A DNA stretch of 46,904 bases, the filler included, from Jimgerdemannia flammicorona (Eukaryota), in the NCBI GenBank assembly GCA_003990765.1. It is 2 parts of 2 records of this genome, joined end to end, with 100 filler letters (N's around TTAATTAATTAA, not from the genome) between each part and the next. Parts side by side here need not be neighbours in the genome. Positions count along the whole stretch, not along the records: positions 23,506 to 46,904 come from RBNJ01001111.1; 1 more part is not named here. One strand, given 5' to 3'. The notes under the pieces are model-generated. The model did no database searches. It was not told the origin of the DNA and saw nothing but the letters and a program-made list of their open reading frames with translations. The translations under genes and the position numbers were made by a program. Position 1 is the stretch's first letter, and each line of letters opens with the position of its first letter. Shown here in pieces: positions 31,501 to 44,639 of the stretch.

Positions 31501-32610
31501 ATGGTGTGCAGAATGAGGTGCGGGCCTTCTTTGGCCCTGCTGCACTTGGTATGGTCGAGCTGCTGGACAATAGCTAGCCTAGGTTAATGGGGGGGCAGTG
31601 TTTAGTGGGTGGTGGGAGAGGGTTTTGGTCTATACAGTCTAGGTTCCCTTCTAATAATAATCCGTGAGACATTGAGTCTATTAAATAAAAATAAATAAAT
31701 AAATAAATAGAGTATTTACAAGAGCAGAGGAGAGATCTGTAGTCAGAGTCCTGATAAGTGGTGGACATTAATGAGATATAAGACTAGGCCAGTATTTAGT
31801 TATAGAGTGAGAAAGTGTCAAGATAACTTTTATTCAAGTTTTGGATAGTATAGTAGAGGCTCTTATAATAGAACATAATATTGAACTTTAGGTCAGAGCA
31901 TTTAGTAGAAGAGAGTACCTTTGATTATAAGGAGTACTATAATGTTGAGCAAGAAAGAGGGGTGGTATAGACCTCAGAATATTGGTTAGATAAGTGTAAG
32001 ATCTTGGCTAACTTCTGGTAGGCAATTGAGGGCTAACTGGGGATATAATCTTTTATAGAGGTAGCAAAGAGGCAGTGGGATGCCCTTCAGACATGGCTGA
32101 TGAGAGAAGTGAGTAATGAATGGCTTTCAGTAGAGTGGGCTCTTACTATTTGGATTGGGCTCTCTCAAGATGATAAGTCGGTCGAGTTGCCGATGTAAGA
32201 TTCTCTCGCATTCCAGGAATATGGTGCAACTTCCGCAAATTCCCAACCTTCAAGATTCTCGTAAACTATACAACAGATATTGACTGTATGTTTTTAAGAA
32301 TAGCCAGAAGTTGGTACTGGGGATGAGAGTAGCAAAGTGGGAGTAGTTAATATTGGATTTATTAAATGAGTGATAGATGAGATGGAGATCTAGAGGAGGT
32401 CTTCATCATAGACTTATTAAAAAGATATGTGAGAAGAATAGAGGAAGGGTTTGGGTATTCATAAGAGTGATAGTATTTTAGTAGAATAGAGAGAGAGATG
32501 GAGTCCTCTATAGGATTAGATAGGAGTAGGCTATTATTTATTATTAAGATATAGAATAGTTTAATAAATGCAGGAGTCTAGGTGACTATAAAAAAAAAAA
32601 AAAAAAAAAA
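25570..32610 (+). mobile_element. Near full-length degenerate L1/Tx1-like LINE
   Basis: Purine-rich. RT remnants LVFLDQKKIYDRI (~29420), RGVL*SNSLLPILYTLSLEPLL (~29590) and YSGVKLN. AATAAA plus poly(A) at ~32590-32610. Probable TSD ATAATATAGAA (25559-25569) / GTAATGTAGAA (32611-32621), differing only by G/A. Confidence 0.82.
30510..31706 (+). mobile_element. 5'-truncated LINE of a second family, (TAAA)n tail, nested in the larger LINE
   Basis: TSD ATAGAGTATTTACAA at 30495-30509 and 31707-31721, with an (AAAT)n tail. Its 3' end recurs inverted at 46821-46904. Confidence 0.85.
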
Positions 32611-34952
32611 GTAATGTAGAATATTTATTTTATAATATAATCTCCTAGTTATAAGAGTATATTTCCTATAGATTTTGAAGAGTTTTTGGATTATTCTATT
32701 ACCAAATATAGTAATATTATCTTCTGAGTTTTTTTTTTGTATTTTGAGGTTGAATTTATCAATAGTTTTCTTATCAAGATAGTACTTACTTGTATTGCTA
32801 TTAATAAGAACTTCAACAGGATTTCTTTTGATTTTTCTCTACAAATAAATATATTTAGAGTTATCTTACCAGATAGTAATTATTTCTAGGGTAGCTCCTT
32901 TTTCCCAATCTTATACTTCTCTATCTTCATTATCAATATTCTTGATTTCTTCATCTTATTATTTAGAAATAGTTGACTTATACTTCTTGGATTTAAGAAT
33001 ATATATAGTATATTTACCTATATACTTAAAGTAGTATATCTTGATTCTATGAGGATATCATCTAATTGAGAGATATCGATCTATAATAAACTAGTACTAT
33101 TTCTGATCTTAGTCTTAAGGTTTTTCAATATAGATAATCTTCTATACTTTTATCTTCTCTTTGGCTTTGACAGAGTACTTTTCTGTTGATCTGAAAGCTT
33201 TTTCTCCTCTATTAGAGAGTAATAGCTCTTTTGTTTCTTCTACTTCAAGATCATTATATATTACTTTAATGATGACTTAGATAATTAGTTTTCTATATAT
33301 AATTTCAACTGGCTTCTGTCCAGTATTATGTAGTAGGACCTTGATTTCTTCTTTAAATTATTAGTCTATAACTCTTCCAAACTATACAGAATCTTTCTTC
33401 TTTAGCCAGACTATTTCTTTCTATAAGATAGATATAGATTTATTTGAGAAATTCTATATTAACACCTGTGCTGACAGTTGCTTGTTTGCTAGGTTTGATG
33501 ATTACTTCTATACTTGAATAGAGATTATAGCTAGTATCAGATTTATATACTTTATCTAGAATTTTTATAATAATGTAGAATCTTTTGACCTTGATCTTGT
33601 CAGAGATTCCTTTGGGATTATCTTTTATTATAGTGATAGTATATAATAAGAATGATTCTTTATTTGTATTAGCTTTCTTATCAAAGTAGTTACAAGACAT
33701 ATACTCAGTCTTCTTATAGTAAAAACATACTACTTTCTTCTTAAATTCTTTGACTTTTTATCAGACAGTCTCTTGTATCCTTCTTGTGATTTCTGAGAAT
33801 TACTTTAGAGTTTATATCTCTTTTTAAACTATTATCACTTATCTCCTTTATTGTTATTTCTATTGTCTCTTAGTCTTTAGACTACTAAAATAGTATATAC
33901 TCTGATATAGCTTATTCTAGATACTATTGCTTATATGGACAATTATAGAGTTATTCTTATTTGTAGATCTTTTCTGATAACTATCTAGAGATAGTATCAA
34001 AGAAGTATGATACTCTAGTTCTATTTATAATTTGTTCTTATCAGCTATACTATTCTCTTATAGTATTCAGGAGAGTTTCTAATTTTATTGCAAATACCTT
34101 CAGGTCTTCTTTCTATCATTATAGAATCAAAGATTCTTAAGCTTAATTCTGGCTTTAGTAATATGAGCAAAACTGTAGAATTATTAGATAAGTAGCTCCT
34201 TTAGGCCTATGATAGCTGAGTAGGCTTCATAGTTAGGACAGTTATCACTTTCATCACTTATATTAATTTCAGTATAGATTTTTTAGATAAGAGAGTATAC
34301 TAAGAGATTATATCATTACTGAGTAGTTATAACTGTAAAATAAGTAACTTTTTCTACTTATGAGTCTATAGTTATATAGAGATCTTCAATCTCATAATAC
34401 TTATAAAAAAGTTACTTATAAAAGTCCCATTATGTAGTTCTGGAAGGATTTTCTAGAAGTTCTGAATATTCTGGAAGATCATTTTCTTTAGATCAAGATC
34501 AATTTCATATAGAGTATATTCTCTATACTTATTAATTTTAAGATTGAATTGATGTTTCAACCAAAGTCCTTTTTTAGACTAATTCTAAAAGTTCAGAATT
34601 TTTTCATATTTCAGAAAGTTTAAGAAACTAAGACCAGCTTAGTTGAATTGGCATATTGCTACAGACAATACCCAATTAGAAAATTTAATAATATGGTTAA
34701 GAGTAAGATCTAATGGAGTATAGATTTACTTAAGAGTAGTTTGTGAGTTATTAAATAGGTTTATTTGCTATTCATGATATTACTATACTAAGAGTAGTAT
34801 GTGAAGGAATATTGTAGAAAAGTGTTCAGGAATTGTTATATGTTTGGATCTATTCAAGTCTAAGTTTCTGAGATCTGGAAAAGGAGATATTTATACCTAT
34901 CTGAACTATATTAAATATGGATATAGTACTTAGTATCTTATTGAGTCAGAAT

Positions 34953-35297
34953 TAGTGCTTCCAACAAATTGAATCAAATCGAATTTGGCCCAAACTTGAT
35001 TCAATTCGATTGAATCAAGGGTCCAATTCAATTTGATTTGAATCAAATTAAAGGTCCAATTCAATTTGAAGTTTGATTTGAACCTTAATTTTCAAAATGT
35101 AATAACTTGACGAAAAATCATCTAAATTTAATGTATTTTAGCTTGTTATATTCACTGTATTAATATAATTCTAACAAGCTAAAGTACGTTAGATTTAGAT
35201 GAGTTTATGCTGAGTTATTGCATTTTGAAAATTAGGGTTCGAATTAGACCCTCAATTCGATTTGATTCGAATTGATTTGACTTGTTTGGGAGCACTA
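34953..35297. mobile_element. Palindromic hAT-like MITE with perfect 8-bp TSD
   Basis: TIR TAGTGCTTCCAACAA...TTGTTTGGGAGCACTA. TSD GTCAGAAT at 34945-34952 and 35298-35305. Inserted in an LTR. Confidence 0.9.
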
Positions 35298-35499
35298 GTC
35301 AGAATGCAGTCACATAGTACGAGTGTGAATAGATATGTCAAAAGATCATCTGACTGCTAAGTTAGTATACAGTTATATCATATAAAGCTAATCTAACTAT
35401 ACTAATAACTGCTAAGCTATCTATTGTGATGTATACAATTGACAATGGAGTACCAGTGACTGCTAAGATCAGACGACATAATGGCGTGACAATCAAATA

Positions 35500-37785
35500 G
35501 ACAGCCTGACCCATTAGGTGATCATCCCAAAGAAGACAAGATGATCCGAGCCAAAATGAAGACCATGTTATTTAAGGAACCATACTCCGCCTCAGGGATC
35601 AGCACCAAAGAACCAAGTACCCACCACACAATGCCTCCCATTCGCTGAACCAACCAGATCTCCCACCGCTCTACCCCTTTGCCTGGTCTAAAGACCCTGA
35701 TCTTTGAAGTTATCAAGAAGGCCATCTGGTGCCCAGATACTTCCAAATACTTGAACTTCTATACTGAGGACCTTGGACACTTCATCAACTACCGGTATAT
35801 AATGACCCAACAACTCAAAGACACTACCGAACGAATGACCCTCTGGCATGACTACAAAATCGGACACCACCTTCACAATGAAACTCAAGAAGATGACCGG
35901 GAAGGCCTCATTACTGAATTGATAACCACTAGCTGGCTAATCAAGAGAGCCCTCTGTGTCCACCAAATCTTCTGCCATATTCCCTGGGCCATAGCATACT
36001 TGCAAGGAGTAATGACTAGATAGAATCTGAAGTAGCCAACTCTACTGGCAGCAACTGTGTTGCTGTAGGAAGCCAATAAACTGAACCTACTCAACCAGGT
36101 TTCCACACCACCCCACTCCGAGACAACCATCAAGGTCACCTAATGAGCCTTATGGAGATGTTTGAAGGACTGCCCATTACTATAGAAGTACTTGTTGGAG
36201 CTACCCCTACCACCCACCACCCTGTCAGCCATAATTCATATCTCATCATTTGGGAACCGAATCAAGAAAAAGCCCAAGAGATCCCTGTCTTTAAAGAGGA
36301 AGCCCAAGAACTCCAAGACCCTGCCCCTGAAGAAACCCCCTCTGACACTGAAACTGATGAGCCTTCAGAAGAAGAAGAGGAGCAACAGAGAGTTTACTAG
36401 TCCTCTGTCTGCATTCAAGCTGTTCAAGGGTTGGAGAATGTTGTTGAAGATGACTGGCCACTTTTCTACCCCCTCACCTCTTGGCTGGTGCTTCCCCCTT
36501 TTGAGGAGAGGTATGATGAAGAAGAAATCTTAACCCAGCAAGATTTGCCCACCATGGATGAAGGGTACTATTTCCTCTAGAAACACCATCCATCAGCCAT
36601 GAGAATTGTGCAGCCTTCATGTCAGCAAGTCAGCAAGTCCAGATCCAGCATTGCTACCCAGCACAACCATTTCCAGTGTTGCTACCCAGCACAACCATTT
36701 CCAGCATCACTATCCAGTGCCACTATTTTCAGCATTTTGTCAGCAAGTCCGAATCCAGCATTACCACCCACAACATCCATATCCAGCACTAGTACTCATC
36801 TTATCCCTATTCGGCACAAACAATTGTCACACCCGTTTTCAGCATTGCTATCCCCTACAACCCAATCCATAGTAAACAATAGCCTGCATCTCATATCATG
36901 CAAGCCAATAGCATAGCGAAGTTCACTACAATGTAGTATACCTTAGCCGCATAGCTAGCAAACTTGTATAAATAACCCATATTCTTAGAGTGAATAAACC
37001 TCAGTCAATTGGTTTTGAGAAATAACTACTGCCTCCAAGACACCAGATAAATTCTGAGAACAAGATAACAACCTAGAGCAACAGATCACTCAGAAGTTTG
37101 AGTTAAAGAATTTTCTCTTGCCATGGAAAGAAAGAAAACGTTACAAGACCGCCATTCAAGACCCAGAAACCCAAGGATTCAAGACCAGACCACCATTTGG
37201 ACCACCATTCGGACCGCCATTCGAGACCCGAGACTCAGCCAAGGATTCAAGACCAGACCGCCATTCGGACCGCCATTCGGACTGCACATTCGACCGCCAT
37301 TCGAGATTCAAGACCTGGAAAACCAAGGACCCAAGGATACCCAGCCAAGCAAGACTACAGCCTAAGACCCGCCAAGATACCCGAATGACTGTCAGGAACC
37401 TTTCAAGTTAACAAGTCAAGACGGACGAGTGAGCCATCAACCTCTGTTTTTCCGAGCTACTGCACCACAGACCGCTTTAATTGACTGCATAAAGAGCAAG
37501 CCCATCATCACCAAGTTTGCCACCAAGTTAATCACCACCAGGAAACTTAGCCAGCATAATCGCCACCCTTTTCCACTAAACAATTGAGCCATCGACGTCC
37601 TGAGCCCTCTGATGAACAATCAAATGATCTCCTGCTATTATCAATTACTGCACGAATCGAACGAGCCGATCACGTGATCAACGACCCATAACCATTGTGA
37701 ATGCACTCACATCCATCGCATGCTTCACCAAATAGCACACATTGAGCTGTGCAGTCGAAGTTCATTATACATAACCAATGCCACA
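35500..37785 (+). mobile_element. 3' part of a Gypsy element: accessory ORFs plus long LTR
   Basis: Inverted homologue of 18339-20330. ORF remnants at 35631-36140 and 36143-36570. LTR core TAGCTAGCAAACTTGTATAAATA..GAGTGAATAAACCTCAG at ~36950-37004. Ends GCCACA at 37785. Confidence 0.7.
37140..37315 (+). repeat. Imperfect tandem repeats of GACCGCCATTCG in the LTR
   Basis: About eight variants of the 12-mer interspersed with CAAGGATTCAAGACC. Confidence 0.8.
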
Positions 37786-37918
37786 CTATAGATTTAGATA
37801 CTATCTGGATAGTCTTCAATGATATCACTATTGATGATATCATTTCTGATAAAGTAGTTATCTAGAAAGAGTGGTTCTTATATTACTTCTCTCTATTCAC
37901 TCAGGTAATAATACTATA

Positions 37919-40900
37919 GGTGCACAACCTCCAAGCCACCAAAATTGCATGTCATCCTCAGAACTAATTTGGAAACCACATACGAGACTACAAAACAAAT
38001 TACTGAAGAAATTATCTGGTTACACAAAATATGCCAGCAAATACGAGAACCTACCACCAAGATATAAGAATATCAGAAAAAGTACTACAATTATAAGACT
38101 AACTCTGAATCTTTATAACTAGTTTAGTATACTGTACTATTACAAAAGGAAACCAAATATACCAAACTCAAACTGAGATAAGAAGGACCCTATCTCATCT
38201 ATCAAGGGTTCATAAACTATACTTATCAAACTCAAGACCAAGATACACCATGACTATATAAGATCTTATTACTTAGCAAAAGTAAAATATATTTAAACAA
38301 CTCCATTCACTCTATCTGTATCACCTCTGTTGGAGAATGACGAATACTTCATCTGAACTCAAGAAAGCCAACATCATCAAAACCAATCTCAAGCCATCCA
38401 TATGACAGATATTACTACTAGAAATTGCCTTGAATTATAGAAAATATCATTTCCAAGAGATTCGAACCCTCAGCTATGATATTGGGAGCTCTTGCTCTAG
38501 ACAAGAATGGCCAGTCCTCACAAATGCACCAGCAGGCCAAAAAAAAAGAGAACCAAGACCTATTATTCTTATACAACCACTGCCACCAAGGATAGCCTTA
38601 ATATTGTAAGAGATAGAAGTAATGATATCTTGAAACTGATAATGTCAGAAGTCAGAAAACTACTCAGCCTTTGTCAGAAATGATGTCATCAATAGTGATG
38701 TCATCAAAGACTAATCAGACAGTATCTAAATATATAAATAGCTTAGCAGTCATACATAGTATAGTTAGATTAGCCTTGTATGACATGACTGTGAACTGAC
38801 TCAGTAGTCAGACAATCTCTTGATATATCAGATCACACTTATACTACATGACTGCATTCTGACTCAACAAGGTCCTAAGTGCTATATATATATCTAGTAT
38901 AGTTCAGATAGCCCCTTACTAATATAAATACCCCCTCCCCCAGATCTCAGAATCTCAAACTCAAACACACAAGAACATTCCTGAACATCCAGAACTAGTC
39001 CAAAAAAGGACTTTGGTTGAGATGTCAACCTGATCTTAAAATCAATAAGCATAGAGGACATACTCCATATGAAATTGATCTTAACTATAAGAAAACAGTC
39101 TTCCAGAATACCCAGAACTTCTAGAAAATCCTTCCAGAACTACATAATAGTTATCCTAATAAGTAATTCTCTTACAACTTGGTAGCAGTGGTTTACAATC
39201 TAATTCTGCTTCAAGATGCTTCCTCACTCCACTACAAATCCCTCTGAGAATTCCTATAAGTTGGTATAAAGTCCAATCTCTGAACTGGAATTTATCCTGA
39301 ACTATCTGACAATTTGGAGAGAATTGAACCTGACATATAAGGACAATTTGATCTCTACACCTGCAACAAGTGGGACAAACTTCATTCAAAGAAAGAAATA
39401 CTCCAGTTAAATCAGAAAATAGGCAAAAACCTATTCACCAAACTCCTTGCTCTACACCTGGCAAGTCAAGATGAAGAAGATCTTATAGAAGCCTTCTTTA
39501 CTCTTCTTAATAAGAGTTTTGTCAGCTCTACAAATCTGAGCAACCTAGAACAACCATCAGCAGTCTTTCTAACCTTAGTCCCTCATGAAGCCCAAGTCTC
39601 TATAGCCAAGTGGCTCAACTCTATATACCAGGACCAAGACTGCATTATACTACTATTTCCAGAACAGCAAGGCCCACTATATTCTTAAAGAAGAAGCAAG
39701 AGAAACCCTTCATCAATAGCCTGACCCCAAACCCAAAGCAGACTCTGCTACTGCTCTACCTGAATCTGAAACCAACACTAAACCAGAACTTGACTTTGAA
39801 TTAAGTCCATCTGAAATCAGATATACAACTGATTATGTCTACTTTGACATTGAGCAAACCCAACTACATGGGGATCAAACTGAAGAGGAGGAAGAGTATC
39901 TCAGTGAATTTAATCCCAGATATACTACTGAAGGAGATGCACCTCCATTAGGACAGAACACACCTATACAGCAACAAACAGCTATCTATTGAGTCCTTAC
40001 CCCAGACCCACAACTATTACTCCAGTAACTTACACAGACTCAAAGAACACCTCACACTCTGTACCAGTACCTCAAGTAGTACTAATAATACCACTACCAG
40101 CAGTCCAACTGCCTCCAGTAAACAACATGGTGAACCAACAGATTCTAGACCTCACAGCTCAGATAGCCATAATGGCAGCAACCATTACTGCCTTAGCTGA
40201 ACAGACCTGACTGACCAAAAATCTGAGCCTACCTATCTTCAATGGTACTGTACAAGAAGTTCAAAGCCAATCAATGGACAAATGAGTGAGTTGCTGACTA
40301 CCTTCTGACAAATAATTAAGACCACACTCTGGAACAACTCTTTGCTACCACCACAGCCTATGTCTGCCAAGTTGTTATATTCTTCCAAGGACCTGCCAAA
40401 GAATGATAGTGAACCCTTCCTGAAAAACCCCTCACATGGGACACCTGACCTACAGTAGTTGCTCAGAATGTAGCAAATAATACCCCAGGATATAGAGCCC
40501 ATCCTCCAGGCCCTGGACTCAAACAACTCATGATTACTCAATACTGCAGCAAAACTATGATTTCTGAATCTTGAGTAAAGCTCTGCAACCTCAAATTTGA
40601 TATATATGGCAAAGAAGAATTCGAAACCTTCTGTACAAAACTTGAGTCACTCCTGAACACTGTTGGCCTAGGATATATTACCAATGATGAAGCACAAAAT
40701 GGTACAAGAGCAGACCATTTATTCAGTGCTCTGCCTGAATGGCTTACTAGAAAAATCTGAGAACAAGGCTGCCCAGTTGGTTGTGATCACCAACAATAGT
40801 ATCTGGCAATAATCAAGACCATGGTTAAGTGAATCCTAACAGCTGGACCAGTTCTGCCCTGAAGAAAATTCAATAACAAGAAAAAGATTTGGACTAAGAA

Positions 40901-43900
40901 AGAAGAACTCAAGCACAAAGCATCTTGAGCTCTCTCCACATCCACCTCTTGGACATCTAGAAATCATGAATCCACTCAGCTGAGCATCTTTAAGAAACTC
41001 ACTGAAGAAGAAAGAAATAAACTTCAAAGAAGCAGAGCATGCTTCTATTGCTGAAAGACAGGACACATGACCAGTGCCTGCCCTAACCAAAAACCCCAAA
41101 CAGCAATATGAGCAACTGTTACTACTCTGCACCATCTCAATAACCTGACTATCAGAATACTAGACTTTGTCAAGTTAAGACAAACTGCCAAGGCCCTAAC
41201 CAAAAGAAGTCAAAAGACAGCTGGCTATGACCTGTATACAGCTGAAGAAGCTATAGTCTCCAACTGAGAAGTCAACCAAGTCTATACAGGAATCAGCATC
41301 CAAATCCCTAAAGGATATGTTAGAAGAATATGCTGTTGCAGCAGCCTAGCATTGAAAGGACTCTCAGTAGAAGGAGGAGTCATTGATGAGAATTATATAG
41401 ATGAAATTATTATCCTCATCCAAAACTATAGTTGGATACTCTTCAAGATCCCCATTGGCTTCTGCATTGCCCAGATTCTATTCGAGAAAATCAAGTCAAC
41501 CCTAACAGTCAAAGAAGTTCCTGAACTACTGCCCACTATTCGAGGATCCAAAGGATTTGGCTCATCAAACAAGGCCCCAGCCCAACCTACCATGAATAAA
41601 GAAGAACAATTATATAAGAAAATTGAAGACAGATATATACCAAGTGGCTGATGTCCCCATAGCATTAAAATATACTCTTCCTGAATGATTGATGATTGCT
41701 TCTCTTGTATCAATGAACTGGCTCAAAGAAGAACCAATAGAAGGAAAGCTCTTACAACCAAAATCACTACCATTGGATCAGACAAACTGCTTACACTTTA
41801 AGCTTTTGTCAACCAAGCACCTGTCAAGATTATGATAGACAGTAGTGTCTCAGGCAACTTCATCAATGAAGAAACAGTCAACAGACTCAAGGTCTTCACC
41901 TCTCTAGTACAACAAACTCAAGCAGTTGCCACAGCTGATGGAACCTCACATATTATTAGTAAGGAAGTCTGCAATCTACCCTTCTGAATTAGTGACTACC
42001 AAGTACATGTTACCCTCCAGATTGTACCACTCTCTGACAATGAAATTATCCTTGGGACTCTATGATTAAAATAAGAGAACCCTATGATCGATTGGGTAAA
42101 CCATTCTTTGACCATCAAGAAAGGATGCCACAACTTCAAACTATAAGGTGAAAAGGACCCACTCAGCTCTAGTGACCCTGGACCAAAGATCACCCATATT
42201 AATAAGCTATAGCTTAAGAAATTGGCCAAGAAATGTCCTCTCTTTGCTATCTCCATCTGTCTATCCAAAGAAGAACCTGAGAACTCTAAAGAAGACTTTT
42301 CCAAAGTTGACAGTCATGTCAGACTACTACTCTAGAAGGTCTGAGACACATTTCTGAACCGAACCATAGAACCACCTATACCTGTCATTATCAATGATCA
42401 AAAAGAGTACAAAGTTGAACAAATCCTTAACAAACATAGTCACAAGAACCATCCAAATAGTACAATAACACTAGAACAAATTAGAAGGCCCTGACAAGGA
42501 TGTCAAAAGCTAAGAAGGAGAGAGTTGTAAGTGCACAACCTCTAAGCTACCAAAATCACATGTCATCCTTAGAACTAATTTGGAAACCACATGGGAGACT
42601 ACAAAAAAAGTTACTGAAGAAATCATCTGATTACAAAAAATATGTCAGCAAATACAAGAACTTACTGCCAAGACATAAGAATACCAGAAGAAGTACTACA
42701 ACCATAAGACTAACTCTGAATCTCTATAACTAGTTTGGTATACTGTACTATTACAAAAGGAAACCAAAAGTACCAAACTCAAACTGAGACAAGAAGGACC
42801 CTATCTCATCTATCAAGGGTTCATGAACTGCACTTATCAAACTCAAGACCAAGATACACTATGACTATACAAGACCTCATTACTTAGCAAAAGCAAAACA
42901 TATTTGAATAACTCCATTCACTCTATCTGTGTCACCTTCATTGGAGAATGATGGATGCTTCATCTGAACTCAAGAAAGCTGACATTGTCAAAACCAATCT
43001 CAAGCCATCCACATGATAGATATTACTACTAGAAATTGCCTCAGATTACAGAAAATATTATTTCCAGGAAGTTTGAACCCCTGGCTGCGACATTGGGAGT
43101 CCTTGCCCTAGACAAGGATGGCCAGTCCTCACAAATACACTAGCAGGCCAAAAAAAAAGAGAACTAAGACCTGTTATCTTTGTACAACCACTACCACCAA
43201 GGACAGCCTTAATCTTGCAAAAGATAGAAGTAATGATACCTTGAAACTGATAATATCAGAAGTCAGAAAACTGCTCAGACTTTACCAGAGATAATGTTAT
43301 CAATAGTGATGTCATCAAAGACTAACCAGACAGCATCTAATCTATAAATAGCTTAGCAGTCATAGTATAGTTAGATTAGTCTTGTATGATGTAACTGTGA
43401 ACTGACTCAGTAGTCAGACAATCTCTTGACATGTCAGATCACACTTGAACTATATGACTGTATTCTAACTCAGCAAGGCACTAAGTGCTATATCCAAGTC
43501 CAGATAGCCCCTCACTAGTATAAATACCCCCTCCTCCAGACCTCAGAATCTTAGACTCAAACATACAAGAATATTTCTGAACACTTCCCCACAATATTCT
43601 TTTACATAACTACTCCTAGTATAGCAATATTATGAATAATGAATAAACCCATTTAATAACCCACAAACTACTCTTAAGTAAATCTGCTCCCCATTAGGTC
43701 CCACTCCTAACCCCATTACAAAATTTCCTAATTGGGTATTGTCTGCAGCAATATGCCAATTCAACTAAGCTGGCCTTAGTTTCTTAAACTTCCTGAAATA
43801 TAGAAAATTCTGAACATCCAGAATTAGTCCAAAAAAGGACTTTGGTTAAGATATCAACCCAATTTTGAAATCAATAAGTATAGAGGATGTACTCTATATG

Positions 43901-44005
43901 AAATTGATCTTGACTATAAGAAAATGGTCTTTCAGAATACCCAGAACTTCCAGAAAACTCTTCCAGAACTATATAATGGTTACTCTAACAAATAATCCTC
44001 TTATA
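37919..44005 (+). mobile_element. Tandem, internally deleted Gypsy element (gag-ZnK-dUTPase-PR, no RT/RH, chromodomain-like and integrase-tail remnants)
   Basis: 37919-39144 repeats at 42531-43973 (integrase tail with EGPY motif plus LTR; LTRs ~38623-39144 and ~43234-43973). A PBS-like sequence follows both LTRs. Motifs: CFYC*KTGHMTSACP, AGYDLYTA..GGVIDENY..RGSKGFGSS, IMIDSSVSGNFI, EYKVEQIL. Confidence 0.8.
41170..41570 (+). pseudogene. Retroelement-borne dUTPase remnant
   Basis: All five trimeric dUTPase motifs are recognisable: AGYDL, SSLALKG, GVIDENY, IAQIL, RGSKGFGSS. One in-frame stop. Confidence 0.85.
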
Positions 44006-44167
44006 AATATATTGAGACCATATCACTATCCTATAGAATAGCATTATCTGTTTCATATACTAGATAAGATGTCAGTGGGTAGAGAAGGAGTACATCATCT
44101 TCACTTTCATTAAATTCACTGTCTGTATATCTTCTATAGGTAATAGTACTATATATTACTGGGTTAT

Positions 44168-44630
44168 TGTAATAATTTCACAGTCATATTTAGTCTTAGT
44201 ACATTTTTACATCTTTTAGTTAGTCTTTTCTTATCTTTTCTTGAACATTCTACTATGTTTCGTCACCTTCTACTTGCTTAGAAACATTCTCTCAGCATTC
44301 AGACACCATTAGAACATTCTTGTCTTTTCTTGGTGCTAAGCACCTTGTCTTAGCTAGTCATGGAATCTTTCAGAACATTGTAGAATAGTATTAGTCAGCT
44401 TTGCCAAGAACCTATTTCTTGGTATTTCTCTTTCTTTCTAAGATCCTTCCAGATCTTTCTTTCAGATCATATATAAATATCCTTGTTCTCTACCTAAATA
44501 AAGCTCAGAATATTTTCTCTCAGAAATCCTTCAAGAACATTGAACCTTTAAGTATCTCTTTGAGCTACTTTAGGTCAACTAGAACTTTCAGATTTAGCTA
44601 CTTCCTCTTAAAGAAACTAGAACCATTACA
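44168..44630 (+). mobile_element. Solo LTR with 5-bp TSD
   Basis: TGTAAT...ATTACA termini. GTTAT at 44163-44167 and 44631-44635. Confidence 0.8.
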
Positions 44631-44639
44631 GTTATAGTA

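Larger units (their letters stand above)
24705..35480 (-). mobile_element. Degenerate Gypsy element (5' LTR-gag-ZnK-dUTPase-PR-partial RT) split by a LINE and MITEs
   Basis: LTR at 34373-~35480, knuckle VCFYYKKTEYMSCNY (~33700), dUTPase DTSYNLYSS..VSTGVNIE (ORF 33440-33700). 32640-33430 matches 22260-23040 and 24705-25558 matches 21670-22260. Confidence 0.72.

Noticed and set aside
30510..31570. Possible 5' inversion (twin priming) or a minus-strand gene in the nested LINE
   Set aside because: The plus strand gives a plausible LINE ORF2 C-terminus (..ACHSL*SSR..) collinear with the tail. The minus-strand ORFs have no recognisable motifs.
32176..32280. Short CpG-retaining patch in the LINE 3' region as a mini solo LTR (TG...CA)
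   Set aside because: No matching TSD and no second copy in the window.
37140..37315. GACCGCCATTCG repeats and overlapping ORFs (37118-37411) as CRISPR or a repeat protein
   Set aside because: Irregular tandem units inside an LTR, with low-complexity ORFs open in all three frames.
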